A stretch of DNA of 23,486 nucleotides from Myxococcota bacterium (GTDB taxonomy: Bacteria > Myxococcota_A > Bradymonadia > UBA7976 > UBA1532): NCBI GenBank assembly GCA_036337435.1, contig JAYZEG010000055.1:1-23486 (forward strand). The letters run 5' to 3'. This document shows, in pieces, positions 16,837 through 23,486 of this stretch (position 1 is its first letter; the number at the start of each line of letters is the position of its first letter). Made by a program: the position numbers and the translations under genes. Below the pieces are notes generated by a model. It was not told the origin of the DNA and did not search any database. It saw only the letters and a list, made by a program, of their open reading frames with translations.

Positions 16837-18138
16837 ATGACACAGAGAGACATGCGGGATTTTTACCAGAGGTATCCTTACCCAAAGGTCACCCAGCTGG
16901 AATATGATCTGAACATACATGATCATTTTCGTTATCTCGCCCACGGTTGTTACGATAATCCTGCTCCAAGAAAAGGGACCCAACGGGCTCGTATGTTGAT
17001 CGCAGGCTGTGGCACGAGCGAAGCCATTTTGTGGGGGGCGTCGCTGCCACAGTTCGACATCGATGCTGTTGATTTGAGTGCGCGATCAATCGAGATCTCG
17101 AAAGCGTTGACTGAACAGCTGAATGTCACCAACGTCACGTTCCGCCGCGGTGACTTTGAAAAGGGGGAAGGACTCGATGGACCCTATGATTTCATTAGTA
17201 GTTTCGGCGTCCTCCATCATTTACCCAATCCGGAGCGAGGGCTGGCCCAATTAGAGCGGGTCTTAAAGCCCGGTGGGATGATGGCACTCATGGTCTATAG
17301 CGAGAGCAATCGAGGTCCGCTTCAGCGAGCTCAGCGACTGATCTCTCTCCTGTCCCCAGGGGATACCCCAGACGGGTTCGAGGCCGGAGCCGTCGAGATT
17401 TGTAAGACTGGCGCGGCCCGCAAAAACCGGTTGCAACGGGTTTTTAAAGCAGGTTTGTCCGACTACGAGAATAACCGAGAACATTTCGCCGATACTTTAT
17501 TAAATCCTCGTGAGGTCGCCTACACAATCCCAAGCTTGGTGGAGTATTTGGCAACGGCCGGTCTGGAATTGATTTCACCAACGCAACCCATCGCGTGGGA
17601 CCCCTTGGGCTTGCTCCCGCCAGATGCGTACAAGCGCTTCAGGGACTTGCCACTGCTACAGCGAATGGAGGTGGCCGATTCGCTGACCGCACCCTTGTTC
17701 TGGGTTTTGGCGCATCGCGCGTCCGAACCTTTGGAGCAGAGGGGGTGCGCGGTCAGCTCATCTTTGTTCTGGGACCGAGTCATTATGCCGATGGATACGG
17801 GAGTCTGGCCGGTCGACAACTTGGTTCCGATGAAACAGCCCATTCCTATCGTTGCGAAGATGACGCCCCTAGAGAAGGATATGGTCCTCATCGCCAGACA
17901 GGATAAATACCAGCGGGCATTCCATCGCATCGCCTGGCGTATGGTTCAGGGTTTTGACGGTGAACGGACTCTGCGTGAAATTGGTCATGAAGCGGCTCAA
18001 GCCGAAGGCACCGAGTTTGAGTTAGTCAAAGAGACCCTGGCTAGTTTTCTAGTTCGCCTCATTGACGAGATGGCCATCGGAACGCCCGATGTGACTCAGT
18101 GCGAGCGATGCCCCTCGAGAAAAAAGGGGGGGTGCTAA
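16837..18138 (+). CDS. Class I SAM-dependent methyltransferase with a C-terminal PqqD/RRE-like winged-helix domain
   Basis: FYQRYPYP, MLIAGCGT, DAVDLS, YDFISSFGVLHHL, LKPGG and ADTLLNPRE. C-terminal DMVLIAR...IAWRMVQGFDGERTLREI...TLASFLVRLIDEMAI. RBS GAGG. Confidence 0.85.
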   Translation: MTQRDMRDFYQRYPYPKVTQLEYDLNIHDHFRYLAHGCYDNPAPRKGTQRARMLIAGCGTSEAILWGASLPQFDIDAVDLSARSIEISKALTEQLNVTNVTFRRGDFEKGEGLDGPYDFISSFGVLHHLPNPERGLAQLERVLKPGGMMALMVYSESNRGPLQRAQRLISLLSPGDTPDGFEAGAVEICKTGAARKNRLQRVFKAGLSDYENNREHFADTLLNPREVAYTIPSLVEYLATAGLELISPTQPIAWDPLGLLPPDAYKRFRDLPLLQRMEVADSLTAPLFWVLAHRASEPLEQRGCAVSSSLFWDRVIMPMDTGVWPVDNLVPMKQPIPIVAKMTPLEKDMVLIARQDKYQRAFHRIAWRMVQGFDGERTLREIGHEAAQAEGTEFELVKETLASFLVRLIDEMAIGTPDVTQCERCPSRKKGGC

Positions 18139-18268
18139 AAGCAATCAGGCTGAGTGGGCCAGTCATCATTGGGCTGTTCACGACTTAGTTCGCCCGAAGT
18201 CAACGCAACTTACTTACGCATAGGGATTGGGGTTTCCAGCCGTCTAGCTCAGTTGGCCTGGTCAACCA

Positions 18269-19198
18269 TCATGGATCGAAGTGCCAGGTCCAATCAAACC
18301 ACGGCAGGGCGACCGGTGCGCCTCCAATTGTGACAAAGCCGAGGTCCCAAGCACTGTCATCATACATGCGTCGAAGGACCAGACCATGAATGGTCAAGAC
18401 ATCGCGCCAGCCGTCCCTCATATCGATACCCGGAAAGATGAGATTTTCACTGACCAGTCCATAGCGGTCATTGAGCCGATACATACCGGCGAGCGAAATT
18501 AACGCGTCGCCTGTCTCCTGCCGCCCATTGTCGATTGCAAAGGGTTTGCCGGCTCCAATGGTCACCTGCCGGTCAGCGTTTCCAATGGTCATGGAACCGA
18601 AGCCGAGGCCGACCGCCCCTAGGCTTGGCACAAAAAGGGACTCAAATCCTGCTGCCAAGTGAACCTGCTCTGAAACCTGACCAGCGATTTTTAGTGCACC
18701 GATGATATTGAATCCATCTGGGGAGACAAGGAACGGGAGAACGGAGCCGAGTAAGATCGACACGTGATCGGTTACGCCATAGGCTCCGGCTGTAAAAAAA
18801 AGCATCCGCTGGGATACATACGCTTCGCCTTTTTTCAATGGCATCGCCGACGGTGAATACAGGTGACGTGTCCGATTTGTATTGAGCTGCCATACCTCGT
18901 CATTGACCACTTTAAGTTTGGCTGCTTGACTCTCCGAAAAGGGTTTTTTGAGCAATACATCTACTCTCCGCAGTGTGCGTTTGCTGCCGTCGAGTAAGGT
19001 GACCTTTAGACGTTCCGAACCTTCCTCGTTGATTCGACAAACAATTTTTGTTCCGTCGGCAAGACTGAGTTCCCAGCGCTGGTCTGCCTTGTTTGTTTGA
19101 CCGGTTTTGGTCCATGGGTTTGGGCTCGTGTCCCCCAGTACACTGGCGGGCTGGCAAAACCAGAGAATCAATAATGACGCCTTGAGTAATTTAACCAT
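18269..19198 (-). CDS. Exported hypothetical protein, probable outer-membrane beta-barrel with a small N-terminal beta domain
   Basis: Signal peptide, LSLADGTKIV domain, TRHLYSPSAMPLKKGEAY followed by Gly-rich amphipathic strands, and C-terminal PWFDWTWHFDP. Confidence 0.7.
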   Translation of the reverse strand: MVKLLKASLLILWFCQPASVLGDTSPNPWTKTGQTNKADQRWELSLADGTKIVCRINEEGSERLKVTLLDGSKRTLRRVDVLLKKPFSESQAAKLKVVNDEVWQLNTNRTRHLYSPSAMPLKKGEAYVSQRMLFFTAGAYGVTDHVSILLGSVLPFLVSPDGFNIIGALKIAGQVSEQVHLAAGFESLFVPSLGAVGLGFGSMTIGNADRQVTIGAGKPFAIDNGRQETGDALISLAGMYRLNDRYGLVSENLIFPGIDMRDGWRDVLTIHGLVLRRMYDDSAWDLGFVTIGGAPVALPWFDWTWHFDP

Positions 19199-19420
19199 GG
19201 AACCCTTTCACTTAGGCCGGCGCGATTTAAGCACGCGTGTTCTTTGCCGTGGTCTATCTTCAATAAGGAGAAGTCGACAGTGCTCTACCATTTAATCATA
19301 GGCGTTGGCTTCCATTAAATAACCGTCCGAATTAAACCGTGTGCTGTCATTTTTTCTATTGAAAGGTAGATTCGCTTGAGCTAGAAACCATGGCCAACGT
19401 GAATCAATTTAGAGTTACTA

Positions 19421-20704
19421 ATGAAAAAGTATGCTTTTTTTCTGAGTTTGGTCGCCATTTTCTGTCATGTCCCAACGGTGGCATTTGGGGGGGCCGCACC
19501 ACCCAAAGTTGACCCGGGGACCACCGCCTGGATGCTCACCAGCACAGCTTTGGTTTTGCTGATGATCCCCGGTCTGGCTATGTTTTACGGCGGCTTAGTG
19601 CGAACCAAAAATGTTCTGGGTACCATGATGCATAGCTTTGCGGCCATGGCCATCATTGGCGTCATTTGGCCAATTTGTGGTTATGCTCTTGCCTTTGGCT
19701 CCGAATCAAACGGTGTTTTTGGCTGGGACTGGGATAAATTTATGCTCTCGGGTGTAGACGGTAAGATCATCAGCGGCGTAATCCCCGAGTACGTTTTCGC
19801 CATGTTTCAAGGCAAGTTTGCCATTATCACACCGGCTTTGATCGCCGGTGCGTTTGCAGAGCGTGTTCAATTCAGGGGCTACTGTATCTTCATCGCGCTC
19901 TGGAGCTTACTCATTTACAACCCCTTGGCTCATGTCTTCTGGGGTGGCGGTTTCCTAACAGGAGACGCCATTGACTTTGCCGGTGGAACAGTTATCCACA
20001 TCTCTGCCGGCGTGGCCGGCCTTGTCGCTGCCATTTACCTGGGCGCACGGCGCGGGTTTCCGAAGGTCGCGATGCATCCAAATAACTTGGTCATGACAAT
20101 GATTGGAGCAGGGATCCTTTGGGTTGGTTGGTTTGGATTTAATGCGGGGAGTTCCGTCGAATCCGGTGAAACGACAGGCAGGGCTCTTGCCGTCACCCAA
20201 ATTGCAGCAGCCTCGGGTGCTGTAGGCTGGATGCTGATCGAGGGATTCTTTCACAAAAAGGCGACCAGTCTTGGGCTGGTTTCAGGTATTCTTGCTGGTT
20301 TGGTCGCCATAACCCCCGCAGCGGGCGATGTTGGGCCGGGTGGTGCGCTCATACTCGGCCTCATTGCCTCAATGGCAGCCTATGGCGGCATCATGTTAAA
20401 AAACAAAATGGGTTATGACGATACCCTCGATGTGTTCGGCATTCATGGGGTTGCAGGCATCGTGGGCGCGATCGGTTTGACATTCATGCTTCGGGAGGTT
20501 CCGGAGCACGGCGTGATGACCCAACTCTGGCACCAGAGCCTCGGCGTGATCGTCGCGATGGTCGCCTCGGCAGTGGGCACCCTTATCTTACTGGTTTTCG
20601 TAGACAAAGTTTTTGGTCTCAAGCTCGATGAAAATAAGGAGTTGGCTGGGCTGGACCACAGTCTTCACGGCGAGCATGGCTATGGCATGCTGAACCCGAA
20701 CTAG
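19421..20704 (+). CDS. amtB: Ammonium transporter (Amt family)
   Basis: TAWMLTSTALVLLMIPGLAMFYGGLVR, DFAGGTVIHISAG, WVGWFGFNAGS, GLVAITPAAG and DDTLDVFGIHG; both pore His residues are present. Confidence 0.97.
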   Translation: MKKYAFFLSLVAIFCHVPTVAFGGAAPPKVDPGTTAWMLTSTALVLLMIPGLAMFYGGLVRTKNVLGTMMHSFAAMAIIGVIWPICGYALAFGSESNGVFGWDWDKFMLSGVDGKIISGVIPEYVFAMFQGKFAIITPALIAGAFAERVQFRGYCIFIALWSLLIYNPLAHVFWGGGFLTGDAIDFAGGTVIHISAGVAGLVAAIYLGARRGFPKVAMHPNNLVMTMIGAGILWVGWFGFNAGSSVESGETTGRALAVTQIAAASGAVGWMLIEGFFHKKATSLGLVSGILAGLVAITPAAGDVGPGGALILGLIASMAAYGGIMLKNKMGYDDTLDVFGIHGVAGIVGAIGLTFMLREVPEHGVMTQLWHQSLGVIVAMVASAVGTLILLVFVDKVFGLKLDENKELAGLDHSLHGEHGYGMLNPN

Positions 20705-20726
20705 TGGATATGAGAGGTCAGAAAAA

Positions 20727-21071
20727 ATGAAGTTAGTTACTTCGATCATCAATCCCAACAAGCTGGACAGGGTCCGAAATGCCTTGGTCCAAGCCGAGAT
20801 TACTCGCATCACGGTGAGTCGATGCTCAGGCCGAGGGCAGGCAGAACGCAAGGATCTGTATCGAGGTCTCGAAGTTGCACCCAATCTGGTCCCTAAAGTT
20901 CGTTTAGACATTGCCTGTAACGATGAATTCGTTCAGGTCACTGTGGATGCCATTTTGACGGGCGCACGAAGCGGTCCAGACGGGGCCATCGGTGACGGCA
21001 AGATTTTTGTTACTCCTCTGGAGCAGTGCATCCGAATTCGAACCGGGGATTCGGGTACGTCCGCAATCTAG
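20727..21071 (+). CDS. glnK: P-II family nitrogen regulatory protein
   Basis: MKLVTSIINPNKLD, YRG T-loop, PKVRLDI, IGDGKIFV and IRIRTG; lies 22 bp after amt with RBS GAGG. Confidence 0.95.
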   Translation: MKLVTSIINPNKLDRVRNALVQAEITRITVSRCSGRGQAERKDLYRGLEVAPNLVPKVRLDIACNDEFVQVTVDAILTGARSGPDGAIGDGKIFVTPLEQCIRIRTGDSGTSAI

Positions 21072-21109
21072 ATAAGGTGCAGGTTTCTTCGTGTGAGCCC
21101 TTGCAACAC

Positions 21110-22438
21110 CTAAGGCGTCTGTGCTCGCTCAAATAAGCGTTTGACTTTGGTGTAGCTCACATGAGGGTTCTTCTTCGGGTCACGCATCCCTTGAGGGCCG
21201 TTGGCCATCGGATTGCTGAGCGGGCCACGGGGCAACCATAGAAAATCAGGCTGCTGGCTAAACGAACCGAACGAGCTGCTGGCTCGGCCATTAATCCATT
21301 CACCGCCGATAATTTGGCCCTCGCCATTTAACTCGAGGACGTAGTGGTATCTATCTTTCCGGAGGTACTGGCCATGCTCGTCAACGATAGGTCGGCTCAT
21401 TGGGTGGGACTCCGTGACATAGTGGACGGTGACCACCACTTCGACAAACAACTCGGCTTGGTCGTTATATGGATAGCGCGTCACCGATGATGGGTCGGCG
21501 ATGAGAAGCTCGATTGCTTCCGATTCCGTGATATCGCGAAGCTCTTCGACTCGATAGGAGTCAACCGGCTGATTCCACACCTCAGCGTCATAGGTGCGGT
21601 CCTCGGCAAAGCCGATTTCCATTAACCCAATAAAATTAGTTAGAATGACATGGAATGTCCCGGCATTGGTGTCGCGACAGTCGGGGTTGAGGATTCGACC
21701 GTTTTCATCGCGTTCGACGTCATCTGTCTTACAACGACCTCCGATCACCATGGCTCGAGAGTAGTCGTATGCGGTGATCATCAACGCTTTGAGGTCTGAG
21801 ATTTCGAATGTCACGCCATCAACGGTTACTGGATGCAGGGGCTCATCCTCTAAAATGGCAGCAGGCGTCCAGGCGTGACATAAGCCCCACCATGTGCCGA
21901 TGCCTTCATGTCCACTGCATTCATCAATTTTTCCATCGGAGTCATTGTCCAGGCCATCATGAGTTCGCCAATGGCCACGATGTTCAGACATCCAACGGGC
22001 AGCTGGGCCTAATGAATCATAGTATTCGGGGTCGAAGCTCACGTCAGAGCATCCGCTGCCCCTGGGTTTCAAGTTCATAAAACCCTCGGGTGGCGTCCAG
22101 CCATTGTAAACAAGGTCGTATTTTTCCATCGGGCTGAGTGTATCTGGCCCCAACCAGCGTGCGTTCGTGCTGTCTTGGTAGGTAGGCCAGTATGAGGCTG
22201 GCCAGGCCTTCTTTTTGGCTTCACCCTCGAGTGGAAGTTGATTGAGGTCGTAGATGAGTTCCTCGTCGAGATAGCGCACGAAACGTTCCGGGTCGTTTGC
22301 TCGGTCCCATTCATCGGCTTTGAATGGTGCCTCCTCGAATGGACTCTCGTTGCCACCCATCGCTCTTGTCTCGACGGCTGAATCGCTACACGCGTTTATC
22401 GACAATCCGATGAGTATAATGAGTAGACGCTTGCTCAA
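21110..22438 (-). CDS. Second transglutaminase-elicitor (GP42-like) lipoprotein, without P-domain
   Basis: TTG start after GGGGG; lipobox SINA-C. Motifs WPASYW, SPMEKYD, WWGLCHAW, GVTFEISDLKAL, DTNAGTFH, EVWNQPV, YVLELNGEGQIIGGEW and QPDFLW. Confidence 0.88.
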   Translation of the reverse strand: MSKRLLIILIGLSINACSDSAVETRAMGGNESPFEEAPFKADEWDRANDPERFVRYLDEELIYDLNQLPLEGEAKKKAWPASYWPTYQDSTNARWLGPDTLSPMEKYDLVYNGWTPPEGFMNLKPRGSGCSDVSFDPEYYDSLGPAARWMSEHRGHWRTHDGLDNDSDGKIDECSGHEGIGTWWGLCHAWTPAAILEDEPLHPVTVDGVTFEISDLKALMITAYDYSRAMVIGGRCKTDDVERDENGRILNPDCRDTNAGTFHVILTNFIGLMEIGFAEDRTYDAEVWNQPVDSYRVEELRDITESEAIELLIADPSSVTRYPYNDQAELFVEVVVTVHYVTESHPMSRPIVDEHGQYLRKDRYHYVLELNGEGQIIGGEWINGRASSSFGSFSQQPDFLWLPRGPLSNPMANGPQGMRDPKKNPHVSYTKVKRLFERAQTP

Positions 22439-22689
22439 AATAGCCCCCCACAGTCTGTGGACTTTAGTTCTAACTCACTGAATTACGGTGTTTAGCGGTC
22501 TCGGTCAAGGACGAGACGATACCCTGCAGACTCTAGGTCCAGCATTCCAGCAGATGAGACGTTGGCTTTTTCACGAACTCTGATCTTTAACCCTTCGATA
22601 TCCCACCAGTTCAGGATCTCAAAAACAATCCATTGTGTGCGTCGATTCTGCTAGCCTAACCCTGGGCATTGAATACGGGGACGACGGCG

Positions 22690-23486
22690 GTGAGTATCCA
22701 TGGGACAGTTGTGTTGGCCTTTAGTGTTGGGCTCTTATTTGGATGCGAGACGCAGCGGTCCAAGTTGCTTACTGGCGATGTCGGTTTCGGTTCAGGGAGC
22801 GCAGACGGAGGTCAAATAGATGCAACAGGTGCCGATCTCCTAAGCCCGGACAGTCATGTCGTCGACAGTGGGGCCGTTGACAGTGGTGCCGTCGACAGTG
22901 GGGCCGTTGACAGTGGTGCCGTCGACAGTGGGGCCGTTGACAGTGGGGCCGTTGACAGTGGGGCCGTTGACAGTGGGGCCGTTGACAGGGGGGCCGTTGA
23001 CAGTGGGGGCTTAGACCCATGCCAAGCGAATACAAGTCATTGTCATGAGGACGCGGTTTGCAATTTTATGAACGGCTCTGTCGATTGCGTGTGTCGTGAT
23101 GGATTCCGGGGCGATGGCCGAGACTGCATCGATATAGACGAGTGCGCCGTCGACAACGGCGGGTGTACGCAGGTCTGCAACAACAACGCCGGCGGCTTTA
23201 GCTGCGGGTGCAACGCTGGATACGAACTGAATGCGGACGGATTGACCTGCGATGATCGAGACGAGTGCGCCGTCGACAACGGCGGGTGTGAGCAGGTCTG
23301 TAACAACAACGCAGGTGGCTTTAGCTGCGGGTGCAACGCAGGCTACGAACTGAAGGCGGACGGGTTGACCTGCGATGATCGAGACGAGGGCGCAGTCGAC
23401 AACGGCGGGTGTGGGCAGGTCTGTACCAACAATGCAGGTGGCTTTAGCTGCGGGTGCAATCAAGGTTGGCGTCTCAACGCGAATGG
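22690..23486 (+). CDS. 3'-truncated lipoprotein with a (VDSGA)10 linker and EGF / calcium-binding EGF repeats (absent from the ORF track)
   Basis: The frame is open from the TAA at 22657-22659 to the window end. GTG 22690 follows GGGGA. It reads MSIHGTVVLAFSVGLLFG-C ... DPCQANTSHCHEDAVC...CVCRDGFRGDGRDC, then DIDECAVDNGGCTQVCNNNAGGFSCGCNAGYELNADGLTC repeats. Confidence 0.9.
   Translation, partial: MSIHGTVVLAFSVGLLFGCETQRSKLLTGDVGFGSGSADGGQIDATGADLLSPDSHVVDSGAVDSGAVDSGAVDSGAVDSGAVDSGAVDSGAVDSGAVDRGAVDSGGLDPCQANTSHCHEDAVCNFMNGSVDCVCRDGFRGDGRDCIDIDECAVDNGGCTQVCNNNAGGFSCGCNAGYELNADGLTCDDRDECAVDNGGCEQVCNNNAGGFSCGCNAGYELKADGLTCDDRDEGAVDNGGCGQVCTNNAGGFSCGCNQGWRLNAN
22861..23010 (+). repeat. 15-bp coding minisatellite, 10 copies (GTYGACAGTGGKGCC), encoding VDSGA
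   Basis: Counted directly; copy 9 encodes VDRGA and copy 10 encodes VDSGG. Confidence 0.95.
23137..23486 (+). repeat. 123-bp coding tandem repeat (41-aa calcium-binding EGF), 2 full copies and 1 truncated
   Basis: GACGAG unit starts at 23137, 23260 and 23383 with near-identical DNA. Confidence 0.92.

Noticed and set aside
18238..18300. tRNA-like TAGCTCAGTTGG at 18245-18256
   Set aside because: There is no complementary D-stem strand, no TTCRA T-loop and no acceptor pairing, and it would run into the 3' end of a CDS.
19217..19233. Sigma-54-like CGGCGCGATTTAAGCA upstream of amt
   Set aside because: The spacing is right but it lacks the T before GG and the TT before GC, and I saw no NtrC site; too weak to call.
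22861..23010. Possible CRISPR array
   Set aside because: The 15-bp units are contiguous with no unique spacers, they are in frame, and there are no cas genes.
22769..23463. Minus-strand ORFs (CQRPH repeats; 150-aa and 97-aa ORFs)
   Set aside because: They are antisense shadows of the VDSGA and EGF repeats; the plus frame has a lipobox and canonical EGF spacing.

Overview
Gene-dense bacterial window with about 18 CDS and no rRNA, tRNA, CRISPR array or mobile element that I can support. It is probably from a Myxococcota/deltaproteobacterial genome; this is an inference from DUF4215-type Cys-rich repeats with Gly-rich linkers. Both ends are truncated repetitive surface proteins: a Gly-rich/DUF4215 protein at the 5' end and an EGF-repeat lipoprotein at the 3' end that the ORF track missed. 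Between them lie a second Cys-rich lipoprotein, a degenerate retropepsin-like protein, a CxxCH lipoprotein, two SAM methyltransferases and two paralogous GP42/Pep-13-type transglutaminase lipoproteins. There is also a LolA-like/outer-membrane barrel/MMPL operon, a co-oriented PLP enzyme, C39-like peptidase, ATP-grasp and PqqD-fused methyltransferase run, and amt-glnK. The best candidate for an undescribed system is an envelope cross-linking set made of the two transglutaminases, the disulfide-rich repeat lipoproteins and possibly the exporter. A second candidate is a RiPP-like peptide-modification run for which I found no precursor. All family calls come from recognising motifs by eye, not from database searches.
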